From Batkoa obscura (lineage: Eukaryota): a stretch of DNA of 20,000 bases. The notes under the pieces were generated by a model. The model made no database searches, was not told the DNA's origin, and was given only the letters and a program-made list of their open reading frames with translations. Numbering within the stretch: the stretch's first letter is position 1; the number at the start of each line of letters is the position of its first letter. The stretch spans positions 727,985 to 747,984 of the forward strand of contig JASVEC010000027.1 in assembly GCA_030770535.1 (NCBI GenBank), written 5' to 3'. The position numbers and the translations under genes are program-made. Shown piece by piece: positions 12,911 through 20,000 of the stretch.

Positions 12911-13360
12911 TCAAATGGTATTGAATTAATAGCTATACCGAACATTTTCTTTAGGTGGACATTTGTTTTTAATTTTATAAACGCTTTCTCTGGGTGGCTA
13001 TTGACAAATAGTTTATGTTTTAATTTCAGTTTTAGTTCCCGTAATAGTAACGCGAGGAAAGCCATAAGTTTCAATTTTGGTCTCGATAGAAGTAAAACTA
13101 TGAAACAGGACTACTTTCTACGTTAGTTTCATCCTTGTTGTTGATGAATCCACTTACAATCTTTATTTTATATTTTTTACAGTTTTTTATGAGATAGGGG
13201 TATATGCTTGTAGAGATATTATAATGATTTCTGCTTTAGTCTCAACTCTAATTCCAACTTCGGTTGATTAATGAATTGAATAGTCAGGGTCAGGGTCAGG
13301 CTAGAGTGGTTTTTCGATTACACTTTGACTTGATGTAATCGTAACTGTTGACCCTGGTGA
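12911..13360 (-). pseudogene. Possible decayed gene for a Ser/Thr/Pro-rich protein
   Basis: Locally higher GC. One frame reads SPGSTVTITSSQSVIEKPL*PDPDPDYSIH*STEVG...FTSIETKIETYGFPRVTITGTKTEIKT*, interrupted only by TAA/TAG. It contains an intron-like GTAAGT...ACTAAC.TAG segment at about 13157-13118. Confidence 0.3.
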
Positions 13361-13759
13361 TCATGATTATGGTAGCTAGCTGCTGATATAAATCAACCTA
13401 TGTTTAAAATAGAAATTAAGTTAAAGTAATTTATAGTTTATTAGAAACATTAAATTTTCAGTTTATTAAAAACAAAAAAAACAAAAAAACTAAACTTGAG
13501 TCGTTTGGTTTATTATGTATACTATCAACCCAATAAGCTGTTGTTTATACAGGGTGCCTAAAGTTTTTATGAGTGTTTTTAAGGCAGTATAATTTTGAAA
13601 GAAAAATAAATAAGATAATGATGTTAATAAACATAGTTTGAAATAGTTTTTTTTCATTAGTTTTGATTTTTGCATTAATAGCATCAAAAATAAAGTTACT
13701 AATGTTGAAACAAAATGGCTTAAAATAAAAGTTACTACTTTGTAGCTTATCATTTAAAT

Positions 13760-13862
13760 ATATGGGGGTATTTTTTTTGGTTTCATCACTTTTTCTATCC
13801 TTTAAGCACTATTTGAGTGGAAAGATTGTTAGTAAAATTCTTAGAAAAATACATCTTCATAT
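13760..13862 (-). mobile_element. MITE-like element (reverse orientation)
   Basis: atatgggggtattttttt...ctatttgagtggaaagattgttagtaaaattctta...aaaatacatcttcatat. Confidence 0.85.
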
Positions 13863-15018
13863 AATAACAGTTATAATTTATTATATAAAGTGTTTTTTTA
13901 TTTGTTTTAGTCTAAAGGAAGCAAGAAGTTATTAATGTTTAAAAGGAAACAAAAAACCGTTATTTTTATATATAAAATTAACACTAAATAGCTTTATAAG
14001 AAAACTATTTTCTTTATATAAAAGCAGATATTTATACTTTAAAAGCTCAATAAAACTTTAATTTAATAATATGATATGATAAAAAAGGCTTTGAAGTATA
14101 TATTAATATTCTTTTAATTAAAAACTACCATTAAAACGTTTAAATATTAAGTTTTTTTAATAATTAATTAAGAAATTGAAAATAAGTTTACAAAGATTTT
14201 TTTTACACTTTTTGTTAAAAGTTGTAATATTGCTTTTTTATAATGTTATTAATATAAAATTTAAAAGGAATAAACTAAGTTGTTTTAAATTATATTCATA
14301 AGTTTTATAGCTATGTTTGCTCTTTTTGCCAAATCATGTTACCTTGAAAATGCCCACATAAAGCATAGACACCCTGCAGTTTACTATTCAAAGTTTCATA
14401 TAATGATAAATTATTTGATGACTCATAAAGCCTTTATAACATATAATTAAAAAAATATAGCATTTTTGTTATTAAATACTTGTATAATTTCTAAAAAAAA
14501 CACAGTCATAACGCATGGTGTTTTACTCTTAAATATTTACTACTTATAAGCATTTCAATATCTCATATCTTTAATCGAAGACTTGAGTTTTTAGATTAAA
14601 CCATAACTTAATATTAATAGTATACCTAGTTACTTCAGTGGATTATGATATATATAGAATCTATAATCATTTAAATAATTTATAGTCGCCTTGTTAAAAT
14701 TATGAGGGAGCTGCTAAATAAAATAATCCCCATACTTAGCTTCTTCGCCTTGGTGTAAAATTTATATTGAAAGTATTTGATAAAAAATAAATATGTGTCA
14801 TATGATTATTATAAAAAAATTTTAAAGGGCAGTAGTAATAATAAATCAGATATGAGGAATCTATTAGTTTATAATTAATTAAAGGTATTATTATTATATG
14901 ATAAATATCACCATCGTTCATACAAACGCTTTATAGTAGAATTCTACTTGTTTGATCACAATACATTTTTTAATTATTTACTTGATACCCAATAAAAAAG
15001 CATGTTCTTTTATAGATT

Positions 15019-15121
15019 ATATGGGTGTGTTTTTTTTGGCTTCATTTTTTATATTTTTTAAGCGCTATTTGAGTGGAAGGATTGTTAGTAAAATTCTTAA
15101 ACAAAAAATACATCACCATAT
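15019..15121 (-). mobile_element. MITE-like element (reverse orientation), in frame with the downstream ORF
   Basis: atatgggtgtgttttttttgg...aagcgctatttgagtggaaggattgttagtaaaattcttaaacaaaaaatacatcaccatat. Confidence 0.85.
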
Positions 15122-15146
15122 TTTAAAATTATTCCAATATAAGCAG

Positions 15147-15989
15147 ATGATATACGCTTTTAATAAACCCGGGCAACTAAAACTGTATGGACCTATAGAT
15201 TATTTGATTGATTTTATGGAGTTAAATAGCTTACTTTTAGGAAGTTTTCAAGATATTGATAACAATACTTTAGCTCGAAGTTTAGGTGCATTTTTTATTA
15301 AGAATTCTATTGAGATTATAAGTTATGAGGATGCGCAAAAGAGGCAGAAAGATTACCAAGGTTATGATATTACCTGGGATGACTCTATTACAGAAGGTAA
15401 AAGTGGTATGTTTCGACCATTCATACATAATGATAAAAAATACCATCTTGAAAAAGATTTCGAAAGTGAAACTTCAATAACAGATTTTCCTGGGCTTTTA
15501 AGGTATACAAATCATTTTTATCATACTAATATAACAAAGTTGGTTAAATCTAAACGTGGTTTAAAATATCCTGAGATGTATTATACTTATAATGAAGAAA
15601 TTAGCATAAGAGAAATTGAAGAAAAAATTGGATGGAATTTATTTTGTGGTATTTTAAATTTAGATTTAGATTTTAGAAGTTTAAAGACTAAAAGTTCGTT
15701 AGAATTATTATTCTTGTCAATATCTAAAAAATTTATTGCTGTAAAAATCGAAAATAAAGATCATTCAATTGATCCTTTTATTAATACAAATATTAAATTA
15801 GTTGATAAGAAGATAATTGAAGTCGGTTTTGGTGAGGATTGCGAATTTAAATATTCACCAGAACTATTCCGACTTGAAAGTAAAGTTTTTCCTGTTGTAA
15901 TTTATCATCCTCATTCATACCTTGTTTTAAGTTCTATAGCAAAAAACATAGACGCCTATTTAATTTCATCTATGTCTAACATACATTAA
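15147..15989 (+). CDS. Hypothetical subtelomeric protein of about 280 aa; 5' end uncertain (ORF stays open upstream through a MITE to 14952)
   Basis: An 843-bp stop-free frame in very AT-rich DNA is unlikely by chance, and the composition is protein-like. No family recognised. Confidence 0.6.
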   Translation: MIYAFNKPGQLKLYGPIDYLIDFMELNSLLLGSFQDIDNNTLARSLGAFFIKNSIEIISYEDAQKRQKDYQGYDITWDDSITEGKSGMFRPFIHNDKKYHLEKDFESETSITDFPGLLRYTNHFYHTNITKLVKSKRGLKYPEMYYTYNEEISIREIEEKIGWNLFCGILNLDLDFRSLKTKSSLELLFLSISKKFIAVKIENKDHSIDPFINTNIKLVDKKIIEVGFGEDCEFKYSPELFRLESKVFPVVIYHPHSYLVLSSIAKNIDAYLISSMSNIH

Positions 15990-16568
15990 TGAACAGTATA
16001 TATATTTACAAAAGTGTTAAGTCTATGGTTATAACAATGAATAATCAAACTAAAATTGAATAAAATGGCTATACTAACTATTGTTTAAAAAATAGAAAAT
16101 GTCATCATTGATGTATTAAAAATCGAAATTATAAAAAAAATTATAATATTTACAGTTGATTTATAAGTATTGAAAAGTGCTTAGAGCACTCCGTTTTGGA
16201 GGGGAATGTTATTTTAGCATTTTTTGTTGGTACTATTTTAATATCAGTTAAAAAAATGCTAAACATCCTTAGTCATAACAGTCTTAAAATAAAATAAGAT
16301 AAATATTTTGCAAATTCCAGAAAAAAACCAAGCAAATATTAAAATAAACTTTAGTTATAACCACTCTTAAAAATTTTAACTAACAGGATAAAACAGAGAA
16401 TATTAAAAGCAATATAAACTCAGGAAATATTAGCACCATTTTGGTTTGATTTTAATTTTGATTTATATTAAAAACCACCAGTAAAATAAAATAATTTTTA
16501 AAGTTTGCAAAAAGTAATTAAAAAAATTAAAAGACTATTTTAATTATTTAGAATAAGTTAATGACTAG

Positions 16569-17026
16569 TGTGAAATATTGCTTTATTTAGCTCTCAGATT
16601 GATTATAATACAACAATCACTTAAGTTGTATTTTCAAGTTCAAACACAATCAAACCAGAGTCCCTTATTTTGATTTGCTGCGAGAATTTCTAACTTTATA
16701 TTGCAAACAATATTATCTCCTTTTAATATCCATACTTATTGGAGTATAAAAGAGATTCTTCAATATGATAACTCGAGACTTTTTAATTGGACTACTCCCT
16801 GATAACGTATCATTAATAAAGTCACTAAGTCTTTCTGACAACATCTTATATAGATTTTACAGTAGTATCTTCCATTGTATTTGTTTACATAATTCGTAGC
16901 TTATTACGTACTATTTCTATTAAGTTAAGTCTACCTTAGTTACATAAACTAAGACCCTTCAACTCAAGGGAAGTTAATTAAGCAAGAGTAGCTTTTAACT
17001 TCGACCACTAAGGATCAACTTTCACA
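16569..17026 (-). mobile_element. Solo-LTR-like element, 458 bp
   Basis: Begins TGTGAAA and ends TTTCACA (TG...CA with a 7-bp terminal IR). It is the reverse complement of 18466-18925. No target-site duplication is visible. Confidence 0.7.
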
Positions 17027-17027
17027 C

Positions 17028-17241
17028 CATTAATAAAGCCACTAAGTATTATATTATTTTACGTAGACTTTACAGTAGTATCTTCTATTCTATTTATTTT
17101 ATATAGTTCTTAGCTTATTACGTACTATTCCTATTTATTTAAGTCAATCTTAGTTACATAAACTAAAAAATTTCGACTTATGGCCAGTTAAGTAAGCAAA
17201 AAACTGCTTTTAACTACAATCACTGAGTACCAACTTTCACA
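17028..17241 (-). mobile_element. Partial, more diverged copy of the same LTR-like element, in tandem
   Basis: cattaataaagccactaag...ttacagtagtatctt...tagcttattacgtactatt...ttagttacataaactaa...cactgagtaccaactttcaca repeats about 16811-17026. Confidence 0.75.
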
Positions 17242-17374
17242 AAATTCAGCAAAAACAGATTTATGTAATATATGTGCCCAGTATGCAGTTAGAAAAAAAA
17301 TTATTTAAAAATAAAATAAATACAGCAATGAAAAATAAAGCAAAGATATAAGAATCTTTTAATAAAAAAAGGTT

Positions 17375-17480
17375 ATATGGGGATGCATTTTTCTGTTTAA
17401 GGATTTTACTAACAATCTTTCCACTCAAATAGCGCTTAAAAAATGAAAAAAATAATGAAACCAAAAAAACATTCCCATAT
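17375..17480 (+). mobile_element. MITE-like element
   Basis: atatggggatgcattttt...ccactcaaatagcgcttaaaa...aaaaaaacattcccatat. Confidence 0.87.
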
Positions 17481-17636
17481 GGAAATAGGAACAAGATTAG
17501 ATCCAATAAATTTAGATCATTGTAATAAACAAGTTATATCAGTATTAGGGGTTTGGCGTTTTATATTTAAAAAATGATAAAATAATAAGCAAAGTTACTT
17601 TGATTATTTATCTGAAATATTAAATCATGATTCAGC

Positions 17637-17743
17637 ATATGGGGATGTATTTTTTTGTTTGAGAATTTTATTAACAATCTTTCCGCTCAAATAGCGCTTA
17701 AAAAATGGAAAAAATAATGAAACCAAAAAATACATCCTCATAT
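17637..17743 (+). mobile_element. MITE-like element with the best-preserved TIRs
   Basis: ATATGGGGATGTATTTTTT ... AAAAAATACATCCTCATAT: a 19-bp terminal inverted repeat with 1 mismatch. Confidence 0.9.
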
Positions 17744-18023
17744 GCAGGAGATTGTTTAATTGATTTAATATTTAAAGAGCTTTTGTTTAAAAAGTCTACA
17801 AAAATTGATATATGAGCAGATACAGGAAACCGCTTTAAATCTCAAGAGTTTTTACATATATTTAAAGAATTTAATTATGTAAAACTTAATATTCTAAGTC
17901 TGATTGTCTTATATCAATTATAAAAAGCTGAAAGTCTAAAAAAAATTTGCAAAAATTTGTTAAAAAAGTATATAAAAAATAAAAAACAATAATAATAGCA
18001 ATAATATAACAAAATGTAAAAAA

Positions 18024-18124
18024 ATACAAAAATGGTTTTTTTGATTTTATCGTTTTTTCATTTTTTAAATATTATTTAAGTAAAATAACTATTAATAAAA
18101 TTTACAGAAAAGCGCATTTATATA
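18024..18124 (-). mobile_element. Highly degenerate MITE-like copy
   Basis: atacaaaaatggtttttttgattttatcgttttttcattttttaaatattatttaagtaaaataactattaataaaattt is collinear with the reverse consensus and differs mostly by G>A and C>T. Confidence 0.55.
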
Positions 18125-18196
18125 TATATAAAATTATACCAAAAAATACTTAATATAGCTAAAAAAATAAAAAATATTTTATAAAAAGCTGAAAAT

Positions 18197-18303
18197 ATAT
18201 GGGGGTATCTTTTTTGGTTTCGTTACTTTTTCCGTTTTTTAAGCGCTATTTAAGTGGAAAAATTGCTAATAAAATTCTTAAACAAAAAAATATATTCCTG
18301 TAT
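18197..18303 (-). mobile_element. MITE-like element (reverse orientation)
   Basis: atatgggggtatcttttttggtttc...aagcgctatttaagtggaaaaattgctaataaaattcttaaacaaaaaaatatattcctgtat. Confidence 0.85.
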
Positions 18304-18379
18304 ATAAACTCTAAATTGATTTTAAAACTTTTTTATTTAAAAATTATAACTTTTATATTTCCAATAAGTTTGCATTATA

Positions 18380-18465
18380 ATATGGGGATGTATTTTTTTG
18401 TTTGAGAATTTTACTAACAATCTTTCCACTTAAATAGCGCTTAAAAATGTGAAAAATAATGAAGC
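18380..18465 (+). mobile_element. MITE-like element truncated by LTR insertion
   Basis: Left TIR and core are intact. The sequence switches to TGTGAAAG at ...aataatgaagc| and the right TIR is missing. Confidence 0.85.
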
Positions 18466-18925
18466 TGTGAAAGTTGGTACTCAGTGGTAGGAGTTAAAAG
18501 CAGTTCTTGGTTGATTAAGTTGCCTTGAGTCGAAGGGTCTTAGTTTATGTAACTAAGATAGACTTAACTTAATAGAAATAGTACATAATAAGCTACGAAT
18601 TATGTAAACAAGTACAATGGAAGATACTACTGTAAAATCTATATAAGATGTTGTCAGAAAGACTTAGTGACTTTATTAATGATACGTTATCAGGGAGTAG
18701 TCCAATTAAAAAGTCTCGAGTTATCATATTGAAGAATCTCTTTTATACTCCAATAAGTATGGATATTAAAAGGAGATAATATTGTTTGCAATATAAAGTT
18801 AGAAATTCTCGCAGCAAATCAAAATAAGGGACTCTGGTTTGATTGTGTTTGAACTTGAGAACACAACAACTTAAGTGATTGTTGAGTTGTGATCAATCCG
18901 AGAGCTGATAAACCAATATTTCACA
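18466..18925 (+). mobile_element. LTR-like element, 460 bp, abutting the telomere
   Basis: TGTGAAAGTTGG...CCAATATTTCACA termini, with an internal TATATAAG at about 18640. Orientation is inferred from that TATA-like box only. Confidence 0.7.
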
Positions 18926-18935
18926 AGAGTTAGGG

Positions 18936-19277
18936 ATAGGGATAGGGATAGGGATAGGGATAGGGATAGGGATAGGGATAGGGATAGGGATAGGGATAGG
19001 GATAGGGATAGGGATAGGGATAGGGATAGGGATAGGGATAGGGATAGGGATAGGGATAGGGATAGGGATAGGGATAGGGATAGGGATAGGGATAGGGATA
19101 GGGATAGGGATAGGGATAGGGATAGGGATAGGGATAGGGATAGGGATAGGGATAGGGATAGGGATAGGGATAGGGATAGGGATAGGGATAGGGATAGGGA
19201 TAGGGATAGGGATAGGGATAGGGATAGGGATAGGGATAGGGATAGGGATAGGGATAGGGATAGGGATAGGGATAGGG
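18936..19277 (+). repeat. Variant telomeric array (ATAGGG)57
   Basis: 342 bp of uninterrupted ATAGGG, preceded by a single TTAGGG at 18930-18935. Confidence 0.95.
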
Positions 19278-20000
19278 TTAGGGTTAGGGTTAGGGTTAGG
19301 GTTAGGGTTAGGGTTAGGGTTAGGGTTAGGGTTAGGGTTAGGGTTAGGGTTAGGGTTAGGGTTAGGGTTAGGGTTAGGGTTAGGGTTAGGGTTAGGGTTA
19401 GGGTTAGGGTTAGGGTTAGGGTTAGGGTTAGGGTTAGGGTTAGGGTTAGGGTTAGGGTTAGGGTTAGGGTTAGGGTTAGGGTTAGGGTTAGGGTTAGGGT
19501 TAGGGTTAGGGTTAGGGTTAGGGTTAGGGTTAGGGTTAGGGTTAGGGTTAGGGTTAGGGTTAGGGTTAGGGTTAGGGTTAGGGTTAGGGTTAGGGTTAGG
19601 GTTAGGGTTAGGGTTAGGGTTAGGGTTAGGGTTAGGGTTAGGGTTAGGGTTAGGGTTAGGGTTAGGGTTAGGGTTAGGGTTAGGGTTAGGGTTAGGGTTA
19701 GGGTTAGGGTTAGGGTTAGGGTTAGGGTTAGGGTTAGGGTTAGGGTTAGGGTTAGGGTTAGGGTTAGGGTTAGGGTTAGGGTTAGGGTTAGGGTTAGGGT
19801 TAGGGTTAGGGTTAGGGTTAGGGTTAGGGTTAGGGTTAGGGTTAGGGTTAGGGTTAGGGTTAGGGTTAGGGTTAGGGTTAGGGTTAGGGTTAGGGTTAGG
19901 GTTAGGGTTAGGGTTAGGGTTAGGGTTAGGGTTAGGGTTAGGGTTAGGGTTAGGGTTAGGGTTAGGGTTAGGGTTAGGGTTAGGGTTAGGGTAAGGGTTA
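19278..20000 (+). repeat. Canonical telomere (TTAGGG)n, right chromosome end
   Basis: 119 perfect TTAGGG units (19278-19991), one TAAGGG (19992-19997), then TTA. The G-rich strand runs toward the window end. Confidence 0.99.

Noticed and set aside
13284..13300. TCAGGG x3 as an interstitial telomere or telomerase RNA template
   Set aside because: Under three units long, does not match TTAGGG or ATAGGG, and is equally explained as a Pro-Asp codon repeat on the minus strand.
12911..13360. Alternative genetic code (TAA/TAG = Gln) suggested by in-frame TAA/TAG
   Set aside because: Conserved genes here terminate with TAA or TAG (HEM12, RPL11, PKA-R) and have no internal TAA/TAG in their exons.
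17918..18194. 16-bp direct repeat TTATAAAAAGCTGAAA at 17918 and 18179
   Set aside because: Very A/T-rich, and it does not delimit a recognisable element.
17261..18405. ORFs 17261-17506 and 18199-18405 (and 9646-9843) as a small gene family
   Set aside because: They overlap MITE copies. The peptide shared by the first two is translated MITE sequence, and the flanks are low-complexity AT-rich read-through.
17375..18465. Clustered ~105-bp repeats as a CRISPR-like array
   Set aside because: Eukaryotic context, mixed orientations, irregular spacing, TIR structure and no cas genes.
19992..19997. Single TAAGGG variant unit
   Set aside because: At the extreme end of the sequence, where coverage may be low, so it may be a sequencing error.

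Overview
AT-rich eukaryotic chromosome end. Very short (about 43-60 nt) GT-AG introns and fungal-type proteins suggest an early-diverging fungus (inference). Bases 1-11.8 kb hold a compact housekeeping block: HEM12, DRS1/DDX27, an R3HCC1/Thc1-like RRM gene, RAI1/DXO, a PKA regulatory subunit, a YisB-like HNH protein and RPL11. A short subtelomere of about 7 kb follows. It contains a probable pseudogene, an orphan ORF of about 280 aa, copies of a ~105-bp TA-flanked MITE-like element (10 copies across the whole window, counting partial and degenerate ones), and three copies of a ~460-bp TG...CA LTR-like element. Two of the LTR-like copies form an inverted pair. The distal one interrupts a MITE and ends 4 bp before the telomere. 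The telomere is bipartite: one TTAGGG, then 57 perfect ATAGGG units, then 119 TTAGGG units. All alignments and splice models were made by eye, with no database searches.
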